A DNA stretch of 64,000 bases from Azolla caroliniana (Eukaryota; Plantae; Polypodiophyta), in assembly GCA_043228905.1 (NCBI GenBank), contig JBHGNT010000006.1, positions 12,896,001-12,960,000 on the forward strand, written 5' to 3'. Of the stretch, positions 12,173 through 23,964 are shown one piece after another. How positions within the stretch are numbered: the stretch's first letter is position 1; each line of letters begins with the position of its first letter. Under the pieces are notes generated by a model, which worked only from the letters and a program-made list of their open reading frames with translations, did not search any database and had not been told where the DNA came from. The translations under genes were made by a program, and so were the position numbers.

Positions 12173-12932
12173 TGTTGGGAGACAGGTCCCTCCGGATGGG
12201 AAGGGAGAAGAACAGTGCCGACGAACAAACTCGGCCGAGGCCGAAACGGTATGAGGAGAACCCGGCTACGGAGAGCCGGATGATACAGACCCGGTGAAGA
12301 CCGGATGAGGAGTACCCGGCTACAGAGAGCCGGATGGTGCAGGCCCGGTGTGAACCGGATGAGGAGTACCCGGCTACGGAGAGTCGGATGGTGCTGGCCC
12401 GGTGTGAACCGGATGAGGAGTACCCGGCTACGGAGAGCCGGATGGTGCAGAACCGGTGAGAACCGGAGGAAGAGACATATTCGTAAATATGTTTCTGAGA
12501 ACCCATCGAGGCTATATTTGTAAATAGCCGAAAAGTCATATTAGTATAAATATGACTTAGGGCAAACTTTTAGTTGTTGTTGTCATTTTCTTGTTGGTGC
12601 AAGAAGAAGAGAGAGCACGTAACAGTGTACAGAGAGAGAGAGAGAGAGAAAGAGGTCATTGCCTCTGTTGTAACCGCCGTCTGTGGCGAAGATCGTGAGC
12701 ATGAGGTCGTTGCCTTTGTGAACTCACTGTTTTGTACATTCTAACTTAGTGATAGTTTGCAGCCTGTGGGCTGCCGTGGTTTTTCCCTCTTTGGGTTTTT
12801 TCCACGTAAACATTCTGTGTACCCTTTTTTCTCTCCTTTGTGTCGCGTGTTTTTCGTTTCTTGTTTCCTGTGTGTGAAAAGAAGCTCGGTTGTGGCTGAG
12901 CGTTGTGTATAAGGAGCGTTGAGTTCCCGTCA
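12173..12932 (+). repeat. 3' LTR of C1a (760 bp)
   Basis: Matches the 5' LTR, with one extra 54-bp unit. Confidence 0.95.
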
Positions 12933-13313
12933 GGAAGTACTATTAGTATTAAGAGGACAGAATGCGTAAGACTCACGAGAGAGAGATAGCGAAGGCGAGA
13001 GAGAGAGAGAGAGAGGATGATGATAACATATGATATATTATGTGAAGAGTAAGTACAAAATAGCTATGAGGCTTAAGACTGGCATTGAACCAATTTGGTT
13101 CGAAATAATGCCTTGTGCCTCTTTTTATAGTGTTCTCAGGAATAGTCCTGAAACTACAAGAATGTTCCGAAGAAATCTAGAATATACAATAATTTTCTAT
13201 AGTAAAACTTAAATGAAAATAATATCTTACGTATTACAATAGATAATGTAATGGTCAAGAGCTCGATACATATAACATAAGGTTATGGGTTCGAGTCTTG
13301 CCATATCATGACA

Positions 13314-13451
13314 CCTACAATGTTATAATTTGAATTTTATACAATACAATAATGCATAGATGGATGTAGCTCAATTGATAAGGTTGCCCAATAAGACCAG
13401 GAGGTCATGGGTTTATCCCCCTACATTCGATGTGGCATCCTGTTTATGACA
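13314..13451 (-). repeat. Remnant 5' end of an older gypsy-type LTR carrying a tRNA-like module
   Basis: Ends in TATGACA at the junction with copia integrase sequence (TGTCATA start on the minus strand); tRNA-like segment at 13362-13440. Confidence 0.6.
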
Positions 13452-16400
13452 CAAAATCGGACTTCAAACGGAGGAGTGTCGCCACATGAGCTATACTTCG
13501 GAAAGAAGTCGAACTTGGCACACTTGAGGGTATTCAATAGCATTGCATATCTCCATGTGCTAAAGGAGAAGTAGAGGAATCTAGACGTGAAAGGCGAGAA
13601 GTGCATTGTCATCGGCTACTGGGATGAACAGAAGGGTAATAAATGTTATAACCCTCGAACCAAACAGGCCCGAGTAAGTCGAGATGTCATGTGCGACGAG
13701 TCGGTGTCATGGTACTTGCCCTCGTCTCCAACCCCCGACAACTCTATATTCCGATCTCTTAGCACAAGGTCAATGAGGCCAAAATGCTTCCGGGCGAAGA
13801 AGAAAATGGAGCTCAAGAAGAGAGTCTGATCTCATTCTGGCTAAGTGGGTTGAATGAGAAACTGAGTCAGATTGACCAATCAGATGACAAGTTGATAAGT
13901 AGTAGAGACTTAGTCGTGCACTCCCCATGCAAGGAACTGAGGAGACGGTTCACAAGGAAGGAAAAAGAAAAGAAGAAGATGCTAGAATATGACACCGACA
14001 AGGGAGAGTCAGATTAGAGCTAATCCAACTCCAAAAGGCATGAAGACGAACCTCCAGAGAAGAGGTTGGCGTCGGCCAAGAAGGCCATCAAATCGGCAGA
14101 GCAGAATTTGTGCCAATCTACCTCTAGAAGTACCCCGTAGTCCAATACGAATACAACGAGTATATTGCGCATCACTATGCGTAGATGACAAAGGTGGCGG
14201 AAGTGCGTGAATTGGAGAGTTACGTGGAAGAGGCAAAAGACGCAAATTGGCGTGCCACAATAGAGGAAGAGATGCACGCGCTCATGGAGAACGAAACATG
14301 GGACCTAGTTGACGCACCGAAGGGTGTACAAGATCGAGTACAACGCTAATGGCTCCATTAACCAATACAAGGCCCGGTTAGTGTCCAAGGGCTATGTGCA
14401 GCAACACAGTGTCGACTATGATGAGATGTTCGAGCTGGTTGCGAAGATAACGATTGTCCATGTCTTGCTTGTTGTCACCGCTACAAAGGGTTGGCATCTG
14501 CATCAAATGGATGTGAAGATTGCATTCCTACACAGAGAACTTGAGGAATAGGGATACATGGTGCAGCCACCGAGATTTCAGTCCGAAAATGAACACGTCG
14601 ACTGTTTGCCGACTAAAGAAGTCAATTTATAGATTAACGCAAGCCCCGGGTGCCGGGATCGCAACGCACCGCCTGCGTCAGATACAATTTGCTACATCCA
14701 AGTCAGACTCTTCACTCTTCATCCAGCAAGATCAAAATGACCCGGTAAGTCTTTTACTTTATGTTGATGATTTAATCCTCACCGACGCCGACCTAGAGGA
14801 AATCGACCGTGTGAAGCCCCAACTAGCGTCATCATTTGAGATGAAGGACCTGGGGACCTTCACTACTTCCTCGGGATTGAAGTGATCAATACCCCCGACG
14901 GAATATTGTTATCTCAACGACGTTATGTCTTGAATATGTTGTACAAGTTTGGCATGACCGTTTGTTGACCGGTCTCAACACCCCTTGACCGGAATCATAA
15001 GCTACGTTTCGACTTCGGACCAGCTTGCAAAAAGAAACGATTTCGACAAATTTTCAGAAGCTTGATCTATCTTACTATCACCCGACCCGACATCAACTCT
15101 CTGTCTGGGGTGATCAGTCAATATATGCAGAAGCCGACCGTCGAGAACCTTCACTGCGTGCATCAACTATTGAGATATGTGAGTGACAATGTTATACTGA
15201 CACGGTATAACCGAACAACTAATCGGTTATAAAAATGCTGACTTGGCCAGTGATGCATCAGATCGTTGGTCCACCTCCAGCTTCATGTTTTCCCTTGGTA
15301 GTATAGTTTTTGCGTGGAGCAACAAGAAGTAGTCAACAGTGGCTCTATCAAGCACTGAGGTTGAGTACCGGGAAGCTACCGTTGCGACCTGTGAAGCCGT
15401 ATAGCTTCAGTGGCTGCTGCAAGACCTCCGGATCAAAGTACCGACTTCGATCTCGATCTACTGCGACAACATAAGAAGCATGCAGCTAGCCAAGAACCTT
15501 AGGTTCCATGATCGGATGAAGCACATAGAAGTGCATTATCACTTTGTGTGCGAGCGAGTCCTGAGTAGTGAAGTGGAACTCCCATATGTTTGAACAGATC
15601 GGTGTGCACTCCCCAGGCAAGGAACTGAAGAGACAATTCACACGGAAGGAAAAACGAAAGAAGATGATGCTAGAATATGACACCGACAAGGGAGAGTCAG
15701 ATCAGAGGTAATCCAACTCTAGAAGGCATGAAGACGGACCTCCAGAGATGGGATTGGCATCGGTCATGAAGGCCATCAACTCAGCAGAGTAGAACTTGTG
15801 CCGATCTACCCGCCATAATCACCCCATAGTCCAATATTGAATGGCGCATCACTATGCATGCATGACAAAGGTGACGGAAGTGCGTGAATCAAAGAGTTAC
15901 ATAGAAGGAGGAAGAGATGCACACACTCATGGAGAACGAAACATGGGACCTAGTTGATGCACCGAAGGGTGCGAAGCCAATCAGATGCATGTGGGTGTAC
16001 AAGATCAAGTACAACGTTAATGGCTTCGTCAACCGATACAAGGCCCGGTTAGTGGTCAAGGGCTATGCGCAGCAGCACGACGTCGACTATGATGAGACAT
16101 TTGCGCCGGTTGCGAGGATAACGATTGTCCGTGTCTTGCTTGCGGTCGCTGCTGCAAAGGGTTGACATCTGCACCAGATGGATGTGAAGAATGCATTCCT
16201 ACAGGGAGAACTTGAGGAATAGGGCTACATGGTGCGGCCACCCGAATTTCAGTCTAGAATGAACACGTCAGCCGTTTGCCAACTAAAGAAGTCCCTTTAT
16301 GGATTAAAGCAAACCCCGCGTGCTTTGATCCTAGTCTACTGCGACAACATAAGTAGCATGTAGCTGGCCAAGAACCCTATGTTCCATGCTCGGATGAAGC

Positions 16401-17662
16401 ACATGGAAGTGCAATATCACTTTGTGCGCGAGCGGGTCCTGAGTGGTGAAGTTGAATGCCGGTTTGTTTGAACGGATCAGTAGGTTGCCGACATCTTCAC
16501 CAAGCCACTCAGATCGAACAAGTTACGACACTTTTCGGAGATGCTTGCGTTACAGCATCTCAACGTGTCGCACTAGAGGGGGAGAACCGGAATAGGAACA
16601 TGAAAGACAGGTAAAGGCACGGGAGAAGCAACCGGAGACAAGGAGGAAAAGACCGAAATAGGGGGAGACAAGAAGAAAAAGGGGTTGAGTCGACTGAAGA
16701 AGTCGGATCAAGCGGCAACGGCGGATGAGTCAAGAAGGACAGAGCCGATAGGATGAAGAAGGACAGAGCCGATAGGATGAAGAAGGCCAAGATCCGGACT
16801 TGGTCTAATGTGGTGAAGGGCCTAGAGGATAAGGACAAATTGGAGACAACCAATTCGAACAAGAGTTGGAATGAATTAGAGTCAGCTGATTTGGAAGAGG
16901 TGTTCGATTCGGAGGAGCCGAATCGACTGAAGGCCAAACGGATGAGAAGGCAACGGAAGTCAACGCCAACACGGAGGACCTAACGGGTCGAGAAGCGCCA
17001 AAGTCACAACAACGAAGGAGCTAAGATGGGTCTAATGAATGGACAAGCCAACCAAGAAGGTCAAGGTGTGCGCAATACCAAACAAGTCGTGGAAAGTGGT
17101 ACCAGACCGAACGAGGAGTGCAAGCAAGGCGAGAAGACGCCAAGAGGAGCCAGAGGGAAGGACAGGCACTAACACCACGATCCGACCTCAAGTTGAGCTT
17201 GAGGGGGAGTGTTGAGCGAGCATGCTCAACATGATCTGGATTGGTTGAATAAGCCAAGAGTCGGATCGGTGTCCAGAACGATGTCCGCAATGAAGAACCA
17301 GATCGGTGTCCGGAATGATGTTTGGAATGGAGAGCCAGATCGGTGTTCGGATCTTATTGTAACCGGTAGGCCATTAGAGGCCTACGATCCTAGCCTAATA
17401 CGTAGGGATATTTTTAGGAGTTTGTGTCAGTAGCTCGGTACAAGCATTGAAGTACTTGTCCGTCCTTTTAAGGACTCGTATAAAAGTTCTCACAGAGCAC
17501 ATAGTATGTACAAAGGTTTTAAAGTGTTTTTTGAAATAGAGATTATTGTCTTGCTTTCTCTGTCTCTCTCACCTACTCTATGTACTCCATTCTCTGTGTT
17601 TTCTGTGGTTATCTGGTCGAGCCGGTTGAGGTCTCTTTAGCTTCCACATATTCATCTTTTCA
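13452..17662 (+). mobile_element. Ty1/copia family C2 copy a (IN end-RT-RH, internal duplication, 3' LTR), decayed
   Basis: IN/RT/RH fragments; linker/RT duplicated at about 15601-16325; PPT TTGAGGGGGAG; LTR 17210-17662 (TGTTGAGC...TTTCA). Inserted into the RNase H of chromovirus copy 3. Confidence 0.88.
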
Positions 17663-20600
17663 TGTTGTGACAAAATACTACTAAGTGTGAAATCCAAGGC
17701 ATCTACTTCAATAATAAATGGTTTTTGTGGATCAACATGAACTAGACTAAGAGCCAATGTAAATGCTTTCTTGAGATCCACAAAACATGAATCCTAAAAA
17801 ACATTGCACGTCTAACACCATTTGGAGCTTAACTAGATCCATAGAGATTCCTTTAGAGAAGATGACATGACCTAGAAATTCCACTTGTTTACAATCAAAA
17901 CTACACTTTTCGAGTTTTGCATAAAGACCATGTTCTTGTAGTCGTTGAATGAGAATCATGCTCTTCTTGTGTTTTTGAATAAATGAGATTTCGAGTTTTG
18001 AATGAAAATCATGCTCTTCTTGTAGTCCATGCAAAACTCGAAACATAGTACTAATCTTAGATGAGAATCATGCTCTTCTTGTAGTCCATGCAAAACTCGA
18101 AACATAGTACTAATCTTAGATGAGAATCATGCTCTTCTTGTGTTTTTGAATAAATGAGATCACCTAGGTAGATGATCAGACAAATCTCCAAAATATCTCG
18201 AAAAATGTCATTTGCCATGTGTTGAAAGACTGTTGGTGCATTGGTGAGCCCAACTGGCATAACCATATACTCAAGATGCCCATGTTGGGTGCAGAAAGTT
18301 GTCTTCCACTCGTCTCCCAGTCAAATCTGTACGAGGTTATATGCCCCTCGTAAGTCGATCTTTGTGAAAAACTTTTCACCATTAATCCTTTCTAAAAGAC
18401 TCGAGATCAGGGGAAGTGCATACCTATTTCTGATGATGACCTTATTCAAGCCACGGTGATCCACAACTAGATGAAGTGATCCATCCTTTTTCTTTACAAA
18501 GAAAATAGGTGTGTGGTTGGAGATTTCGAATGTTGAATGAACCCATTTGTCAAGTTTTCCTGTATGTAGGCTCGAAGAACCTCAAGCTTGGTTGGTGGCA
18601 AGATCTAGATCATTCCCCACGGTGGCTCTTTTCCTGGCTATAAATTAATGGGACAATGGTACGGTCGATGTTGAGGAAGAGCACTAGCTTTTACCTTGTC
18701 AAACGTATCAGTATATTGGTGATACTTCTTTGGAAGTTGAATTATTGATACCTCTTTAATGATACTTAAAGGTTTCACTGATACCATGAATAAAAGCATT
18801 GGTTCCTCCCGTCCTTCCTCACGTAATTGATGCAGCGAAATGGTTGAGATTCTATGAGTGGATGCTTGAGGTTGGTGATACCTGATTTCTCTCGTTCTCC
18901 AATTGATTTCGGGGTTGTGTAATTTGAACCATGGTAACCCCAAGACAAATGGATACTCTGGACTACTATTTATATTAAATGATATTGCACATGCCAAATT
19001 ATCTAGGAAAACACGAACTGACTCTGACTCTTCTACAATATTTCCAAAAGCAATGGGGGAACCACCAATGACTACTACGGAAGTTGGGCAAGGGAGCTTT
19101 CTTAGGGATATTTGATGAACTTGAGCAAAATTCCTATCCTTGAAGCAAGAATTATCCCCGAATCTAAGAGTGTTAGGACATGTACTGGAGGGTTGCTTGT
19201 AGTACTAACTTCTACTTGAGCTAAGAACACCTTGATAATTTTCGTAGGAGGAATGGAACCACTAATGGGCAGCACAGATCCAGGGTTGTCCAACCAAATG
19301 GCTCCTATTTTTGTTGGACTTAATCATTTAACTCTTCTTCTAGTTGCCTTGGACCAACGCAATATAGACATAGGTGATTTGCTTAGTGTCGTCGTTTTTC
19401 CACTTCCGACAATTGTCCACGACAACGTGTTGTGTTGATTTCCATTGGTGGTGGTGGTATTTGCCGGGGACATATTATATGAATCCTTTGGAAAAGGTTT
19501 TGCTATATGATGAGGTAGAGATGATAGAAAGGAGTGATAAGGAAGATAAACAGACCCAAAACCACAAAGATCTATTGCTAATGAATAATTATGATGGAAG
19601 GAAGAGAGAAAGAAGATACATAAATCGAAGTCTACAAGGATAAATTGATAACAACTCAACCAACACTACGTGAATAGGCAAGAAAACATCACAAGGAAGA
19701 GAGAAAGAAGATACAAGTATAAATATCTATTGATAAGAATTCAAACAACACTACATGAATTGGAAAGAAATCATCACCAAAAAGAGACTCTCTCACACCA
19801 CCTTACTCTTCTTCCTTTATATAAAGTTCTCTTCCACCGGATAAGCTTCCCTTGCTTTCTTTTTTATGCTTCTTTTAGAGTTTTCATCGAGTCCTATTCT
19901 TATCTATGACACAACGATCTTGAAATCGTCATATCTCCCTCGTCCAAGCTCTAAATATAGATATTTAAAAAGCTATGGATAGCTCTCTTCACAAGATTTC
20001 CAACCCATCTTTACACATTATATTTGGCTTCCAAACGAATGAGTTATGAGCGTTCGTTGCAGACTGCATTTTGGTGCCTGCTTTTTTCTTCTTTTACTTT
20101 TCTCCATCTTTCTTGCTTTTAGTTTGACTTATCCTTAAGACCTTAGCTCGTGATCTTGCCCTCCGGATGTGAACGCACCATACCTTATATTCTTGTAGTG
20201 TCCAATACCTTGAATTCCAAAATCACTTTCACACTGTGACTGATGCGTCTGTAGGCTCCGATCTTGTCCTTGGCATTTGTAATTGTCGTTCTGGATGTCC
20301 TTCGAAAAGCCGATTATCGCATTGCACCCGTCGACTGATTGCCTCCATGTGCGACTTCGGTTCTTCAAGAAAAGTCAGGAGTAAGTCTGTGATACAACTG
20401 CGTAGGCCATACCAAAATTGCTCCATCAATGGGTGGTTATTCTGTGGGATATTAGTGGTGAGTAGACGGAAATCTGCAGCATAAGCTGAGGCTAGACGAT
20501 TTCCTTCACGTAGTCTTCGGATTTTATTGATTGTCATCCTAATGCTATGAGTATCTCCAAAACATGCTTTAAACTTTCTAATAAACTCGAAATTATTTAA

Positions 20601-21475
20601 CAAAGGAGATCCTTTTTCTAACAAAGGGTCGAACCATGATAATGTTGTGCCATTAAGTAAGGTGCCTACTAGTCCCACTCGTGATGCATCGATGGGAGAC
20701 CGAGAAGGATGCATTTGAATCACTAGGCGTACCTAATTAAGGCTATGAATAGTGATCGTGTTCCATCAAATTTCATGGGAAGCCCAATCTTGGGTTCTTT
20801 AGGGATCCCTTGAGTACTCAGTCCTTGTTGTTGCAACGACACAATAGTTGCTTCCAGTTGTTGCACGCGTAATGCCAACTCCCCATGTTGTTGCTGCTTT
20901 TGCTACTTTTCTATAGTGATTTGGTGAAGATCTCCCAACAAACGTTGATTTAATTGTTCGAATGCTACAAATTTTTCTTTCAAGCATTGAAGATTCGAGA
21001 AGAAGGATTGGTATTCTTGTGCACTAATAGTTTCCATTTAGTATTAGAGGAATGAAGGATATGAAGATTAAAATTAGAGGAAGGAGATATTAAGAATATG
21101 GGAAATTCGGTTGAAACTGTGAGGAATAGTACTAGAGGTAGAGAGAATTAGTACTAGAGAGGTAGAGAAGAGAGAAAAGATTGTGTGAGGATCACGAGAG
21201 AGAGAGAGAGAGAGAGAGATCTGGGTGGAAGAGAGAAGTATGATAACATGGAGTATATTATATGAAGTACAGTACAAGGAAAGTTATGAGGATAAAGACT
21301 GGCGTGGAACATCTATTTATAGTATTATCAGGAGTATTCCTACATGAATTTTCCATAATTAAATAATAAATGAAAAAAAAAATTGTATTATAATTGTTAT
21401 CCTAACGGTTTGGCCTCAACCTGTGAACATAAGGTCACAAGTTCAATTCCTTTAGGGCCATACCATATCATGACA
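17663..21475 (-). mobile_element. Ty3/gypsy chromovirus-type (Tcn1-like) copy 3, decayed
   Basis: Homologous to copy 2: gag 20229..20723, PR/RT 18057-19293, RH near 17663-17780. 5' LTR about 21192-21475 begins TGTCATGA on the minus strand. Confidence 0.88.
19508..20233 (-). repeat. Probable solo LTR inserted in the gag of copy 3
   Basis: TG...CA termini; interrupts gag between ...ASVT and AKPF...; flanks CTATA/CTGTG look like a decayed 5-bp TSD; TATA-like TTTATATAAAG. Strand is tentative. Confidence 0.65.
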
Positions 21476-23964
21476 ATACCCCTCACCCCATCGAACATAT
21501 TGGAAACGTCCCACTAAGCCATGTCGGCCAGAAAGGGATTATGAGGAACATTTTGCACGTCCCGCCAATCACCGAAAATTTTGTGTCAATCGGACAGATA
21601 GTCGACTAGGGAATGCATGTTCAATTCACCCATCATGGGTGCTTCATTGAAGAAGAAGGAAAGATCATTGTGCAAGGGCGCTAAGAAGGAAGAATGTTTA
21701 TCCTCAAAACGAATGATGTCTACACTACTATGTTTGCCAAATGGCAAAAGGCCAATTTGGATATCAACCTATGGCACAAGTGATTCAGCCACGTCAACTT
21801 CCCGCGGCTTTGAGAAATGCAGACAAAGAACATCATTTTCGGCTTGCCACAATTTAGTGGTCGGAATGGCCAAGGTTGCAATGCCTATCAACTTGGGAAG
21901 AAGCACTGACTTCCATTCCCTAACGAGTGTAATCGGAGCCGTAACAAACTCGATTTATTCCATTCGAATGTGTGGGGCCCGACAGAGAACATGAGTATCG
22001 GCAAGAGTCGTTACTTTGTAACTTTCATCTATGACTACACTTGGCACACTTGAGCATGCTTGATCGAGAAGAAAAGTGAATTCTTCTCCTGTTTTCTTAA
22101 GGTGATGAGCCTTGCTAAACAGGAGACTGGAAGAAATATCAAGTGCTTAAGTTCTGATGGTGGAAAGGGGTACTTTTCCGACCATTTCTTGAGCTATCTA
22201 TAGAAGGAGGGAATACGGCGCAAATTCTCCTGCATATACAGACCAGAACATAATGGTGTGGCCAATGGAAGAATCAGACGATTGAGGAGGTGGCACGGGC
22301 AATACTTGAGGAGAAGTATATGCCAAAGTTCTAATGGGCCGAAGCGGTCAGGATGGCCATTTACCTACAGAATCAGACATTTGCATATGGAGGATTGTCA
22401 CAGCATGAGCTATACTTTGGGAAGACGTTGAATCTGGGACACTTGAGGGTGTTTGGTAGCATCGCATATGTGCATGTGCCGAAAGAGAAGAGGACGAAGC
22501 TGGATACAATAGCCGAGAAGTGCATTCTGGTCGGCTACTCGGATGAGCAAAAGGGTTATAGATGCTATAACCCCCGAACGAAACATGCCCGAGTCAGTTG
22601 ATATGTCATATTCGACGAATCAGCTTCGTGGTACTTGCTCCGTCTCCAACCCCCATTAACTCCATTTCAAATTTAGAGGATGAGGCCACCGAGGCCGAGA
22701 TGCCCCTAGATGCAGAAGAAATCGGAGATTTAGAAGAGAGACTGACCTCATTCCGGCTAAGTGGGTGAGCCAAATTTGAGACTGAGTCAGAACGACCAGT
22801 CGGATGAAGAGTCGGCGAGTAGTGGAGACTCAATCGTGATGTCTGTGTGCCAAAAGCTGAGGAGATGACTTACGCTTAAGGAGAAGGGGAAGAAGAAGAT
22901 GTCGGAATATGGCATAGAGGCCATTGCATCGGATCAGGGTGAATCCGATGTAATCAAGAGCGAAGATGGACCTCATGAGTTGAGGTAAGAGTCGGCCAAG
23001 AGGGCCATGAAATCAACAACACAGAAGTTGGGTCAGAAGAACCCCTTAGTTCGATATGGGTACAACAACTATATGGCACATCACTATGCGTATATGGCGA
23101 AGGTAACGGAACTGCATGAATTGGAGAACTACGTAGAGGCGGTGAAAGATGGTAATTGGTATGCCACAATGGAGGAAGAGATGCGTGCATTAGTGGAGAA
23201 CGAGATGTGGGACTTGTTTGACACCCCCAAAGGTGTGAAGCCAATCGTGCAAGTGGGTGTACAAGGTCAAGTATAACATTGAAGGCTCTATCAACCGGTA
23301 CAAGGCCCAACTGGTGGCCAAGGGACAACAACATGGCATCAACTACGATGAGACGTTCGCGTCGGACCCATTGATGATAACCGTCTGTGTGTTGCTAGCG
23401 GTAACAGCAACCAAGGGATGGCACTTACACCAGATGGATGTGAAGAACGTGTTCCTACAAGGAGAACTTGAGGAACAGGTGTATATGGTGCAACCTCCTG
23501 GATTTCAGTCTAGATTGAACACATTGGCCGTTAGTCGACTGAAGAAGTCTCTTTATAGACAAAAGCAAGCCATGTGTGCTTGGAACGTGAAGATCATACA
23601 ACGACTGTGTCGAATGGGATTTGCTATGTCGAAGTCGGACTTTTCCCTTTTCATCAAGCAAGGTCGGAATGGGCCGTTAAGCATTCTTCTTTATGTTGAT
23701 GACTTGGTCATCGTCGGCGCCGAGCTGGATGAAATCGACTGCATAATGTCCCAACTTGCCGTATCATTTGAAATGAAGGATCTGGGGGACTTACATTATC
23801 TCCTCGGGGTTGAAGTGATCCACACCCTTGAAGGCATACTAATAAGCCAAAGGTATTGTGTGTTGCGTATGCTCTTCAAGTTTGGAATGACAAATTGCAA
23901 GTCCATCTCGACTCCTCTAGACTGAAACATGAAGCTTCACCAAGGTTCGGGAACGGTCTGCAAA
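21476..23964 (+). mobile_element. Ty1/copia family C2 copy b fragment (PR end-IN-RT)
   Basis: IN ORF 22353..22601; RT ORF 23257..23925 (LLYVDDL). Cut on both sides by other insertions. Confidence 0.85.

Larger units (their letters stand above)
6897..12932 (+). mobile_element. Complete Ty1/copia element (Tnt1/Tork-like, family C1, copy a), coding-defective
   Basis: LTRs 6897-7602 and 12173-12932 (TG...CA); 5-bp TSD GGAAG at 6892-6896 and 12933-12937; PBS; PPT GAAGGGGGAG at 12161-12170; domain order Gag-PR-IN-RT-RH. Confidence 0.97.
4433..13313 (-). mobile_element. Ty3/gypsy chromovirus-type (Tcn1-like) copy 2, interrupted by a copia element at 6897-12932 and cut in RT by copy 1
   Basis: Minus-strand gag (ORF 5837..6373) and PR/RT (4629..5591), running to [16 protein letters not shown] at the 4433 junction. 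5' LTR about 12973-13313 begins TGTCATGA on the minus strand. Confidence 0.9.

Noticed and set aside
12003-12539. Repetitive antisense ORFs in LTRs (also 6883..7209, 41850..42248, 58250..58755)
   Set aside because: By-products of stop-free tandem repeats; no domain evidence.
12938-12972. Tf1-style self-priming site
   Set aside because: No complement to the presumed transcript start found by eye, only short direct similarity.
13362-13440. Functional tRNA gene
   Set aside because: No proper anticodon stem and a degenerate T loop; kept only as a tRNA-like module. The same applies to the other LTR modules.
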